Below are positions 1 through 10,796 of a DNA stretch of 31,273 nucleotides, piece by piece. Source of the DNA: an uncultured Eubacteriales bacterium. Its GTDB lineage: Bacteria; Bacillota; Clostridia; Oscillospirales; Oscillospiraceae. The stretch covers positions 1 to 31,273 of the forward strand of contig ONTN01000001.1 of assembly GCA_900320765.1 (NCBI GenBank), given 5' to 3'. Position 1 is the stretch's first letter; every line of letters starts with the position of its first letter. Position numbers and translations under genes: made by a program. Below the pieces are notes generated by a model. It ran no database searches, was not told the DNA's origin, and worked only from the letters and a program-made list of their open reading frames with translations.

Positions 1-3000
1 AGGAGTGCCGCCGAAGGATATGTGATCCGGCTACGTGATGATGAAGTCCAGATGAACATCACGCTGCTCGAAAAGCTGCGTCAGGACTTCGCATTGGAAA
101 TCCGCGGTTTGGATCCTTTACCCACGGATAACAAGGGAGTAGATACCCGCCGTGTCTTTGCGACGGTGCGTCACGCAATCATCAATCAAAAGCGCTGGGA
201 TGTACTGGAGTCCTCTTGCCTTGGTATCTTTTCCTTCTCGCAGTTTGTCATGTGGAATGATATCCACAACCGTGCCGATGATCTTGCCAGGAGCAAAGTC
301 GTCCGCAGCTTGATGGAAGGTCGTTTGACCTGGCAAGCCGAGGATATGAGTGTGGATGGGCAGGTACCGGAAGATGAAGTCCTTCTTCCTATTCCGGCGG
401 ATGCGTCACAGCTCTTTGCTATTGAATCTGCGGCAGAAGGAAAGAGCTTTGTCCTTCATGGGCCTCCGGGAACCGGCAAATCTCAGACAATCACGGCTCT
501 GATCGCAAATGTTCTCGCAGAGGGCAAAACCGTTTTGTTTGTGGCAGAAAAGATGGCTGCACTGGAGGTCGTTCAGAAGCGTCTCTCGGCAATTGGCCTG
601 GCACCGTTCTGCCTCGAACTTCATTCCAATAAAGCCAAGAAGAAAGACGTTTTGGAACAGTTACGACAAGCGTCCGAAGTCACCAAGTACCGTTCTTCCG
701 GCGAATATGCTGCATCGGTGAGCCGTATCAAAGCCCTTCGGGAAGACTTGAATAAGTATGCAACTGCGCTTCACCGCCAGCAGAAGTGTGGTAAAACGCT
801 TTTCCAGCTCATTAACGAGTATCAGGCATACGAAACCGCCCCTGAAATTAGCAGCTTTAATGTGGGGTTTATTACTGGCATCACCGATGAAAAGCTGTAT
901 GCTCTCGATATGCTGGTTGATGGCCTGGCTTCCGCAGGAAGAGCAATCGGTCATCCACGCAATCATCCCCTGTCAGCTGTCCACTGTACGGCCTATTCGC
1001 AGCAGCTGAGGAGAACTGCGGTTGACAAGGCAAATGACTACAGGGTCTCCCTGGATGATTTGAAAGAGGAGATCACGGCCTTTTCGAATACTTTGAAAAG
1101 GCAGCCTGCAATATCGTTTGATGAGATTGGGGCGCTTTCGTACGCAGCACAGTGTTTAGCGCTGTTTTCTACATATCCTAATGCATGGGTAAAGGCCTCT
1201 GATCCCATAGAGTATCTTGACCGTGTAAGGTTGTTGGCCGAGCACAAGCTCAATGTGGCTGCGTACAAAACTCGGCTGATGGCACACTGGACGGATGCAA
1301 TTCTGGATATGGATGGCCGAGCTCTGTTCAATGAATTCAACCAGGTGTCAGTCAAATGGTTCTTTGGCAAGCTTCGCGGCATGAAGCAACTCCGCCAGCA
1401 ACTATCTCCCGCATCAAAAGCAGATGTGAGTGATGATGCGCTTGGTCAGGATCTCGCGGATCTCGTCGCATATCAGCAAGAAAATGCCAAGGCAGATGCG
1501 CTGTTTTCAGAAATCGGCAGAGAACTCAATGATCTTGACAAGGGCGAGAACACAGACTGGAATGAAGTGGCCAAGCTTGCTGAGGAGGCCAGAAATACTG
1601 TAAAGAGATCTCGCTTTATCAGCGAGGATGATTCTCTGCGCACAGAATTTGGAACAAATCAGAGAGCTATTGAAAGTGCGAAGAGTTTTCTTAACGTCTG
1701 GAACGTAATGCTCCAGAAAAAGAGCGTATTTTATGGATTATTGGATCTGCAAACAAAAGAGGATAACGAATGGATCGACACTGAAAAGAATCTCTGCAAT
1801 CGGATTTCGTGCAACGCAGATCAGTTGAGGGAATGGGTACTGTGGAACAAGGCGTCTTCCGAGGCTTTGATTGCGGGGTTAGACCCTGTAGTAATATCAT
1901 ACATTTCCGGCCTGGATCACGAATCCGTTATTCCGGCATACAAGAAGGCTGTTTATAAGGGGCTGGCTATAGACGCCATCGAGTCTGATGACGCGCTGAA
2001 CCTGTTCTCCGGGAATGACTTTAACGTGAAGATCGCGCAGTTCCGGAAAATCGACAGTGAGCTGACTGAGCTTTCCAAGAGCGAGATCTACTGCCGTCTT
2101 GCAGCTAAAGTTCCAAATTTCACTACGGCGTCAGTAGGAAGCTCTGAAACTGGTATCTTGCAGAGAGCGATCCGGAGCGGTGGACGCGGCATCAGCATCC
2201 GTAAACTGTTTGAGCAGATTCCGAATCTGCTTCCCAAGCTCTGTCCGTGCATGCTGATGAGCCCAATCTCTGTGGCGCAGTACCTGGATCCGAACAGGAA
2301 GCCTTTCGATCTTGTCGTGTTCGATGAGGCGTCTCAGTTGCCCACAAGTAAAGCTGTCGGCGCGCTCGCGCGTGGCGAGAATGCCATAATTGTCGGCGAC
2401 CCCAAGCAGATGCCGCCTACATCGTTCTTTGCTTCCAGCACAACGGACGATGATCATCTGGACGAAGAAGACATGGAAAGCATCCTTGACGATTGCCTCG
2501 CTCTGAATATGCCACAGACCCACTTGCTTTGGCACTACCGTAGCAGGCATGAAAGCTTAATTGCCTTCAGCAACAGCCAATTCTATGACAACAAGCTGTA
2601 CACGTTTCCCTCTGTCAACGACAGAGAATCTCACGTGAGGCTTGTTCATGTAGACGGCGTCTTTGAGCGCGGCGGCAAGAGAACCAACCGAGCGGAAGCT
2701 GAGGCGGTTGTCGCAGAGCTGAAGCGCCGCTGCCATGATCCTGCCTGCTCTGAAAAGAGTGTCGGTGTTGTTACCTTCAACATCTCTCAGCAAAATCTAA
2801 TTGATGACCTACTGACTGACGCCTGCAAGGACGATCCTCAGCTTGAAGAGTGGGCGTACAATTCCAAGGAACCGCTGTTCATTAAGAATCTTGAAAACGT
2901 ACAGGGTGATGAGCGAGACATCATTCTCTTCTCCATTGGCTATGGGCCAGACAGAGAAGGAAAGATCTCTATGAACTTTGGCCCACTTAATCGCGAAGGC

Positions 3001-4296
3001 GGATGGCGTCGCCTTAACGTCGCTGTTTCCCGTGCCCGTTATGAGATGATCGTATTTGCCACGCTTACGCCAGATCAGATCAATCTCTCCCGTACAAGTG
3101 CTGCGGGCGTTGCTGCTCTCAAAGAGTTTATGGAGTATGCCGCAAGCAATCATATGGCAGAGACGGAAAGCAGTGTTTCTACCAATGTGAAGAGCACAAG
3201 CGGAATTGCTGACGCTATTTGCACCGCACTCAAGGAACAAGGGTATGAAACAGACCGCGCTATCGGTGAATCTGCCTACAAGATTGACATTGGTGTTGTT
3301 GATCCAGCCAATCCCGAAAGGTATTTGCTTGGTATTCTGCTGGATGGCAGAGGCTATGAAGCGGCCAAGACGACGAGAGACCGCGAGCTTGCGCAAATCA
3401 ATGTCTTGCAGGGGCTTGGATGGCGCATCACCAGGGTATGGACAATGGACTGGTGGGACAACAGCGAAAAAGAGATTGTGCGTATCCTGCGAGAAATCCA
3501 TGAGGCGGAAGAAGCAGCGAGTGAGTCTCTATCCCCGGAGGAATTCTCTGCGGTGGTTGATCAATCTCCCAAGAAAAACATGCCGGAGATATCCCGTAGT
3601 AAAGACGATGGCAGTAATACGCCGCCTCAGGCGAAGACCATAAAGGCCACCCCTGCGCAGAAGACAGACGATGGCGTGGTTTTAAAAGGCGTCGTTCAGA
3701 ATGTGGCTGTTGAAAAGAAACCCGTAACAGTTTACAGAGCCGCGCAGCTTCCTGGAAGCTACATGTCACCGGATGACTTTATTACGCCAACATATAGACA
3801 TCGTAATGATGTTGCCCAAAGGGTCATGACGGTCTTGGACATTGAAGGGCCAATCAGTGAGCCGCTTCTGACTAGACGCGTTGTGCAGAGCTATTCTATC
3901 GCTCGTGCTGGAAGTCGAATTCAGCAGTTCATGAGCAGTATTTACAAATCGATGAACATGAACTTCACGACGCAAGGCGGAGACAGGTTCTTCTGGAAGC
4001 CCACGCAGAATCCGCATACCTACACCGAATTTCGCGCCAATGGCGAGGGAGACAGCAAACGAGATGCGAAGGAGATTCCTGTTCAGGAGGCAGCCAATGC
4101 TGTTTGCCGAGCCCTGGAAGACCAATTTAGCCTCCCTCAAGAGGATCTGATTCGTGCTGCCGCAAATCTTATGGGGATCAGCAGAATCGGCACAGCAGTA
4201 AATGCCCTCTTCATGGGCGGGATTGTCTGGGCAGAAAGCGAAAGAAGAATTAGCAAATCCAGTAATGGGAACTGGATGCTGCAAGAGGATCTGTGA
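1..4296 (+). CDS. Hhe-like large superfamily-1 helicase (DUF4011 / AAA_11-AAA_12 / Vsr-like MTES_1575 / DUF3320 architecture), 5'-partial
   Basis: The frame is open from base 1 (RSAAEGYVIRLRDD...). Motifs: Walker A GPPGTGKS, VVFDEASQ, GDPKQMPP, WHYRSRHESLIAFSN, NLENVQGDERD, RRLNVAVSRAR. These are followed by a Vsr-like segment (KIDIGVVDP...LLGILLDG...GLGWRITRVWTMDWW) and a C-terminal DUF3320-like segment (VLDIEGPISEPLLTRRV). Confidence 0.85.
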   Translation, partial: RSAAEGYVIRLRDDEVQMNITLLEKLRQDFALEIRGLDPLPTDNKGVDTRRVFATVRHAIINQKRWDVLESSCLGIFSFSQFVMWNDIHNRADDLARSKVVRSLMEGRLTWQAEDMSVDGQVPEDEVLLPIPADASQLFAIESAAEGKSFVLHGPPGTGKSQTITALIANVLAEGKTVLFVAEKMAALEVVQKRLSAIGLAPFCLELHSNKAKKKDVLEQLRQASEVTKYRSSGEYAASVSRIKALREDLNKYATALHRQQKCGKTLFQLINEYQAYETAPEISSFNVGFITGITDEKLYALDMLVDGLASAGRAIGHPRNHPLSAVHCTAYSQQLRRTAVDKANDYRVSLDDLKEEITAFSNTLKRQPAISFDEIGALSYAAQCLALFSTYPNAWVKASDPIEYLDRVRLLAEHKLNVAAYKTRLMAHWTDAILDMDGRALFNEFNQVSVKWFFGKLRGMKQLRQQLSPASKADVSDDALGQDLADLVAYQQENAKADALFSEIGRELNDLDKGENTDWNEVAKLAEEARNTVKRSRFISEDDSLRTEFGTNQRAIESAKSFLNVWNVMLQKKSVFYGLLDLQTKEDNEWIDTEKNLCNRISCNADQLREWVLWNKASSEALIAGLDPVVISYISGLDHESVIPAYKKAVYKGLAIDAIESDDALNLFSGNDFNVKIAQFRKIDSELTELSKSEIYCRLAAKVPNFTTASVGSSETGILQRAIRSGGRGISIRKLFEQIPNLLPKLCPCMLMSPISVAQYLDPNRKPFDLVVFDEASQLPTSKAVGALARGENAIIVGDPKQMPPTSFFASSTTDDDHLDEEDMESILDDCLALNMPQTHLLWHYRSRHESLIAFSNSQFYDNKLYTFPSVNDRESHVRLVHVDGVFERGGKRTNRAEAEAVVAELKRRCHDPACSEKSVGVVTFNISQQNLIDDLLTDACKDDPQLEEWAYNSKEPLFIKNLENVQGDERDIILFSIGYGPDREGKISMNFGPLNREGGWRRLNVAVSRARYEMIVFATLTPDQINLSRTSAAGVAALKEFMEYAASNHMAETESSVSTNVKSTSGIADAICTALKEQGYETDRAIGESAYKIDIGVVDPANPERYLLGILLDGRGYEAAKTTRDRELAQINVLQGLGWRITRVWTMDWWDNSEKEIVRILREIHEAEEAASESLSPEEFSAVVDQSPKKNMPEISRSKDDGSNTPPQAKTIKATPAQKTDDGVVLKGVVQNVAVEKKPVTVYRAAQLPGSYMSPDDFITPTYRHRNDVAQRVMTVLDIEGPISEPLLTRRVVQSYSIARAGSRIQQFMSSIYKSMNMNFTTQGGDRFFWKPTQNPHTYTEFRANGEGDSKRDAKEIPVQEAANAVCRALEDQFSLPQEDLIRAAANLMGISRIGTAVNALFMGGIVWAESERRISKSSNGNWMLQEDL

Positions 4297-4350
4297 TAAG
4301 ACAAGATAGCTAACGCTTTATGCTTTCATCTTCAAATCATTCCTTTTTGC

Positions 4351-4379
4351 TTGACAATCGCACAAATGTTCTGTAAAAT
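4351..4379 (+). promoter_or_regulatory. Sigma-A promoter with a LexA (SOS)-like box in the spacer
   Basis: TTGACA (4351-4356), a 17-bp spacer, then TAAAAT (4374-4379). GCAC-AAAT-GTTC (4360-4371) is one mismatch from the Firmicutes GAAC-N4-GTTC box. Confidence 0.65.
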
Positions 4380-4567
4380 AACTTATACTCCATTTTTGGG
4401 AGCACACAACTGAATATGCGAGAAGCAATGATTATGCGTGGCTCATGCCACGGGTTGCGGCGCGCCTGAGCTGCCGCTAACGCTTCGGCTGCTACCAAAC
4501 GCCGACGCTGTCCGCCTGTTTTCAGCCTGTTGACAGGACGGTGTACAAACAGGCTTCGACTTGTCAC

Positions 4568-4647
4568 AAAGCCGATTTACATGACTTCTTGCTTTGAAAG
4601 GATATTTATATCCTTTCGGCAGGGGGCTCATGTAAATCGGCTTTTTT
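4568..4647 (+). terminator. Long nested stem-loop ending in a T tract (terminator-like)
   Basis: Perfect 17-bp inverted repeat AAAGCCGATTTACATGA (4568-4584) / TCATGTAAATCGGCTTT (4628-4644), enclosing a second hairpin GAAAGGATA-ttta-TATCCTTTC (4596-4617). T's continue to 4647. Confidence 0.55.
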
Positions 4648-4969
4648 CTATTTGCCAGAAAAAAGCGAAAAAAGTTTCTGGCATTTTCCCGAAAAAGTTC
4701 CAAGAGGGATAGTAGAGGGAACTGCCTCAAAGGAAAACTGAATGACCGTCCGAACAGGATATGACCGTGCCATGACTCCCCTCCGAAAAATGGGGTCCCC
4801 GCAAAATCGAAGATTTTGAGGGGAGAGGAGGCGCAGCGGAATGAGCGAGACCTGCCGTTTACGGCGGGGCGAGTGATATGAAGCTTGTGTCGACGAAGCG
4901 CAGCGACGCTCCGGTGAGACTCCGGGGCAGGAACGATGTTCGGAGAGAACGGCGAAAGAGATCGGCTGC

Positions 4970-5090
4970 GGGCAGGGATACCCCTGTCCACAGTAGTAGC
5001 GAGCATCGGATTTTGCCCCCGAAATCCAGATCCACAGCCTCCCGGTCTGTGGACCTTCTCAGGGCGTGTCGCCCTATGACCCTGCAAAGA
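4970..5090 (+). other. Candidate oriT region
   Basis: Cluster of short inverted repeats directly upstream of mobC: CAGGG/CCCTG, GGATTT/AAATCC, TCCACAG/CTGTGGA and AGGGCG/CGCCCT. This is the usual oriT position for MOBP modules. The nic site was not identified. Confidence 0.4.
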
Positions 5091-5121
5091 ACAAGTATTT
5101 TAACTCAAAGAGATGATGATT

Positions 5122-5406
5122 ATGAAAAATGAAACGGTCCGTATTCGTGTACGGCTGACCGAAGAAGAGAAAGAAAAGCTGGAACGGGACGCCGCCCTGT
5201 GTGGCCTCTCACAGGCTGAATATGTCCGCCAAGTCTGTAAAGGTAAGAAGCCAAAGCCGCAGCCCGGCCCTGACTTTTGGGGTCTGTTGGAGGAGCTGTA
5301 CCACCTCCACGGCAGCCTGCAAAAATGTGTGCACTTCCTGCCCGAAGCCGCAGCAGAGTGCCACCGGATCGAGACGCTGATTCTCACCCTCATGGAGGTG
5401 GCGTAA
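5122..5406 (+). CDS. mobC: Relaxosome accessory protein MobC (ribbon-helix-helix)
   Basis: N-terminal RHH pattern RIRVRLTEEEKEKLERDAALCGLSQAEYVR. Its stop overlaps the relaxase start (TAATG). Start 5122 was preferred over 5113 because of the GAGATGA RBS-like spacing. Confidence 0.8.
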   Translation: MKNETVRIRVRLTEEEKEKLERDAALCGLSQAEYVRQVCKGKKPKPQPGPDFWGLLEELYHLHGSLQKCVHFLPEAAAECHRIETLILTLMEVA

Positions 5407-6757
5407 TGGCAACGACAAAGCTATGGCACATCAAGGGCCGACTGAAAGACCTCCTGGCCTATGTGGAGAACCCGGAAAAGGCCATGGCGGAGAAGCCGGA
5501 CCTCCAGCCTCTGTGGGACGTGCTCTCCTACGTGCAGCGTCCCGCCGCCACCAAACAGGGCGAATATGTCACCGCTGTCAACTGCCTCAAAGAAATCGCC
5601 CTTCAGCAGATGATCCAGACCAAGAAACGCTTCGGCAAGGAGGATAAGTATATCGCCTGGCACGGGTATCAGAGCTTCAAGCCCGGCGAGGTGACGCCGG
5701 AGCTCTGCCATGAGATCGGGGTGAGGCTGGCAAAGGAGATGTGGGGTGACCGCTTCCAGATCATCGTGACCACACACCTGGATAAGGGCCACCTGCACAA
5801 CCACTTCTGTTTCAATTCCGTGTCCTTCCGGGACGGTGGCAAATACAACTACTCCAAGGCGGAGCAGCAGCGGCTGCGGGAGCGCTCCGACAGCCTGTGC
5901 CGGGAATACAGCCTCTCGGTGATAAAGAATCCGCATAAGGCTCCGTCCCGACAGGTCTGGCTGGATGAAAAGGCCGGGAAGCCAACCCGCTACAATGTCT
6001 ACCGGGAGGACATACACGAGGCGATCATCTACAGCAGAAATCCTCGACTCATGGAAGCATACCTCCGGCGCAAGGGATATATCACCGACTTCACCGGGAA
6101 GCACTGGAAGGTGCGCCTGCCGCAGTATGAGCACTTCACCCGGCTGGACACGCTGGATGAGCGGTGGACGCCGCAGGAGATCTCCCGATATATGGGTGGT
6201 GCAGCCTCCTTCGGGAGCAGACCCGCACGGATCGATTATCCGAGGCAGATGCCGCAGGAGCTGCACGACTGGTTCAAGCCCTTTGTGCGGACGAGCCATA
6301 TCTACCGGCAGTATCTCCACTACTGTTATCTGCTGGGAATTCTGCCCAGGAATACGGATTACAAACCCACCAGTCCGTATCTAAAGGAGGATCTGAAAAA
6401 GCTGGACACCTTCACCGAGCAGGTGCGGTATATGGGTAAATACCGCATTGAGACGCTGGCGGACCTGTATGCCGACAGGAAGCAGCTTATAACGGAATTG
6501 GCGATGCTGACCGATCGGCGGCGAAAACTGCAAAACAAGATCCGCAGAGCGACGCCGGAGGCAAAGATCACCCTGCGGAAGGAAAAAGCCGATGTTACCG
6601 CCCGGATCACCGAGCTGCGGAAACGGCTGAAGTTGAACGAGGGGATCGAGGAGCGATCCCTCCAAATGAAAGAAAAGACCGATCTGCTCTATGCCAACGA
6701 ATACCGGGCCCAAGAGGAGCAACAGAGAAAGAAATACGGAAGGGAGCGTGACGCAAG

Positions 6758-6761
<4 letters not shown>
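5406..6761 (+). CDS. Relaxase/mobilization nuclease (MOBP family)
   Basis: MATTKLWHIKG...YVENPEK N-terminus, AWHGYQSFKPGEVTPELCHEIG, His-triad motif THLDKGHLHNHF and a coiled-coil C-terminus. The true start is the ATG at 5406, coupled to the mobC stop. Confidence 0.92.
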
Positions 6762-8790
<2,029 letters not shown>

Positions 8791-8831
8791 ATACCACATC
8801 AAATAGTATTCAATTCAGATACAAGAGCCGC

Positions 8832-8865
8832 CTTGGGGCACCTTCCTTACGGAGGGTGCCCCAAG
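8832..8865. repeat. Strong GC-rich hairpin
   Basis: CTTGGGGCACC / GGTGCCCCAAG perfect arms, an inner TTCC/GGAG pairing and a TTAC loop. Confidence 0.75.
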
Positions 8866-8889
8866 TGGGTCAGCTTTTTTGGTGCTCCA

Positions 8890-8978
8890 GCTGGGACTCC
8901 TCGCCTGCGGGCGAGCCGGGGCGCGGCTCTGACGTGCCACCGGCACGTCATTCACTCCCGCGCCCTTCGAGTCCCAGC
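8890..8978. other. Four-stem palindromic element closed by an inverted copy of the tRNA T-arm (possible ncRNA or miniature repeat element)
   Basis: Closing stem GCTGGGACTC (8890-8899) / GAGTCCCAGC (8969-8978). Internal stems: CTCGCC/GGCGAG, GGGCGCGG/CCGCGCCC and TGACGTGCC/GGCACGTCA with an ACC loop. Confidence 0.6.
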
Positions 8979-8989
8979 GTCTAAGGTGT

Positions 8990-9025
8990 AAAAAAGCTGA
9001 CCCACTTTTGTGGGTCAGCTTTTTT
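8990..9025 (-). terminator. Intrinsic (bidirectional) terminator of the tRNA operon
   Basis: Perfect 16-bp inverted repeat AAAAAAGCTGACCCAC-tttt-GTGGGTCAGCTTTTTT immediately after the tRNA-Lys CCA. Confidence 0.85.
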
Positions 9026-9100
9026 GGTGCTCCAGCTGGGACTCGAACCCAGGACACCCGCCTTAAAAGGGCGGTGCTCTACCTGCTGAGCTACTGGGGC
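9025..9100 (-). tRNA. tRNA-Lys (anticodon UUU)
   Basis: Cloverleaf on the minus strand: anticodon arm CCGCC-CTTTTAA-GGCGG, T arm CTGGG-TTCGAGT-CCCAG, encoded CCA. There is one C3:A70 acceptor mismatch. Confidence 0.93.
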
Positions 9101-9103
9101 TTA

Positions 9104-9178
9104 TGGCAGGGATGGCGGGATTCGAACCCACGGATGCAGGAGTCAAAGTCCTGTGCCTTACCGCTTGGCGACATCCCT
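9104..9178 (-). tRNA. tRNA-Gln (UUG)
   Basis: AGGGATGTCGCCAAGCGGTAAGGC...CAGGA-CTTTGAC-TCCTG...GGTTCGAATCC...CATCCCTGCCA. Confidence 0.95.
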
Positions 9179-9200
9179 ATATCCCAAAGATTTTTAATAT

Positions 9201-9232
9201 CATTGACGCCGCCGAATAAGGCGGCGTCAATG
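9201..9232. repeat. Perfect 13-bp hairpin between tRNA-His and tRNA-Gln
   Basis: CATTGACGCCGCC-gaataa-GGCGGCGTCAATG. Confidence 0.8.
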
Positions 9233-9234
9233 AA

Positions 9235-9312
<78 letters not shown>

Positions 9313-9381
9313 ATTTTCAAATTGAAAGAAGAGGAGCGTTTTAACGCATTGAGCGCCTTGAAAGCCCCTCTCCCCTGACGC

Positions 9382-9458
9382 TGGCACGCCAAGAGGGATT
9401 CGAACCCCCGGCCTACTGCTTAGAAGGCAGTTGCTCTATCCTGCTGAGCTATTGGCGC
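9382..9458 (-). tRNA. tRNA-Arg (UCU)
   Basis: GCGCCAATAGCTCAG...ACTGC-CTTCTAA-GCAGT...GGTTCGAATCC...TTGGCGTGCCA. Confidence 0.95.
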
Positions 9459-9483
9459 TCGTAAGCCGTGGCTTTGCGGCCTG

Positions 9484-9558
9484 TGGAGCGGGTGATGGGA
9501 ATCGAACCCACGTCCCCAGCTTGGAAGGCTGGTGCACTAGCCGTTGTGCTACACCCGC
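9484..9558 (-). tRNA. tRNA-Gly (UCC)
   Basis: GCGGGTGTAG...CCAGC-CTTCCAA-GCTGG...GGTTCGATTCC...CACCCGCTCCA. Confidence 0.95.
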
Positions 9559-9587
9559 ATAAAGGCCGCTCTGGCCTCAGCTAAAGA

Positions 9588-9616
9588 ATAATATCATAAA
9601 TATTCCCTGCTGTCAA
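9588..9616 (-). promoter_or_regulatory. Sigma-A promoter of the tRNA operon
   Basis: On the minus strand: TTGACA (9616-9611), 17 bp, then TATTAT (9593-9588) with an extended TGn. Confidence 0.8.
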
Positions 9617-9657
9617 CAACTATTTTTCGCCTTTTCTCTTATCGGGAAGGGCGCGGC

Positions 9658-10764
9658 TCACATCTCAACAGCCTTCTCAACGTCCTCCTTCGTGACCCCG
9701 ATAAGGTCCTCCTTCGTCGGCTCCTCGAGCTGGGCCACGCGATCGGAGTGGACGGAGACCACGTTTTCAAAAATATTGCGCACGGTGCGTCCGTTCCCGA
9801 AGTTCTCGTCCCTCGTCTCATAGAGGTCGTTCAGGTAGCTCTTAAGATACGTCTCGGCTTCCTCGTCGAGCTCGTATTTATTCTTATTGCAGCGGAGTTC
9901 GAATATCCTGTAAAGCTCCTCGCCGTTGTAATCCTCGAAAACGAAGTATCTGTTGAAGCGGCTCTCGAGGCCGGGGTTGGAGCTGATGAATTTCTCCATA
10001 AGCTCCTCGTAGCCCGCGACAATCACGACGAGGTCGTCGCGGTGATCCTCCATTGCCTTAAGTATCGTCTCAACGGCCTCGTGGCCGAAGTCGTTCGCCC
10101 CCTCCTGGCTTATGAGGGAATACGCCTCGTCGATGAATAGCACTCCGCCCATCGCCTTTTTGATGACCTCGTCGGTCTTTATAGCCGTCTGACCGACGAA
10201 GCCGGCTACGAGCTGGCTTCTGTCCACCTCGACGAGCTGACCCTTTGAAAGGACGCCTATCGCGTAATAAAGCTGAGCGACAAGGCGGGCGACAGTTGTC
10301 TTGCCCGTTCCGGGGTTTCCCATAAAGACTAAGTGAAGGCTCATATTCGGAGTGGGCAGGCCCTGCTCCTCGCGGAGCTTGCGGACCTTGGCGAGGTTAA
10401 TGAGGCTTCGCACGTTCTGCTTTATCTTATCAAGGCCGACAAGGCTGTCGAGCTCTGCTAAAAGCTCGTCTAAATTCGGCCTCTCCGGCTCCTCCTCCGC
10501 CTTCGTCTTGGGCGCGTTGGGGCTGAGGGCGTCGGTCTCTCCCATCTCGCGGAGGAGCTTCTTCGCGGCCTCGTCCGCCTCGTCCATGCTGCTTTTGAGC
10601 CCGTCGAGGTCGGTTTTGGGTGTGGTAATGCCCGCTCCGCCCGCTATGGTATCCAGCATATCGTTAAGATGCTTGAGACTGTCGATATAGCTTCCGGCGG
10701 GCTTGAGCCCGTAGGAATTGAAGTCTACGTTCATTCCGTAATCTTTTTTCTTTTTATCTGCCAT
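9658..10764 (-). CDS. SpoVK/CbbX-family AAA+ ATPase with an N-terminal extension
   Basis: ELDSLVGLDKIK, HLVFMGNPGTGKTTVAR, LVAGFVGQTA, Walker B GGVLFIDEAYSL, SNPGLESRF and FGNGRTVRN. Confidence 0.88.
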   Translation of the reverse strand: MADKKKKDYGMNVDFNSYGLKPAGSYIDSLKHLNDMLDTIAGGAGITTPKTDLDGLKSSMDEADEAAKKLLREMGETDALSPNAPKTKAEEEPERPNLDELLAELDSLVGLDKIKQNVRSLINLAKVRKLREEQGLPTPNMSLHLVFMGNPGTGKTTVARLVAQLYYAIGVLSKGQLVEVDRSQLVAGFVGQTAIKTDEVIKKAMGGVLFIDEAYSLISQEGANDFGHEAVETILKAMEDHRDDLVVIVAGYEELMEKFISSNPGLESRFNRYFVFEDYNGEELYRIFELRCNKNKYELDEEAETYLKSYLNDLYETRDENFGNGRTVRNIFENVVSVHSDRVAQLEEPTKEDLIGVTKEDVEKAVEM

Positions 10765-10796
10765 TTCCCATCACCCGCCGAAGAAATAGTTTTTGA

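Larger units (their letters stand above)
8865..9044. repeat. 35-bp direct repeat containing the tRNA-Lys 3' end plus half of its terminator
   Basis: GTGGGTCAGCTTTTTTGGTGCTCCAGCTGGGACTC is identical at 8865-8899 and 9010-9044 (145-bp period). Confidence 0.9.

Noticed and set aside
4443-5087. 214-aa minus-strand ORF in the element's intergenic region
   Set aside because: It has low-complexity Arg/Ser/Pro-rich composition, no motif or RBS, and crosses many hairpins, so it is likely spurious.
5277-5405. Longer relaxase start given by the ORF track
   Set aside because: It overlaps mobC in another frame. The relaxase N-terminal motif begins at ATG 5406, coupled to the mobC stop.
8865-9044. 35-bp direct repeat as attL/attR of the mobilizable element, or as a CRISPR array
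   Set aside because: The copies are only 145 bp apart and both lie on the same side of the element. There are only two copies, they are tRNA-derived, and no cas genes are present.
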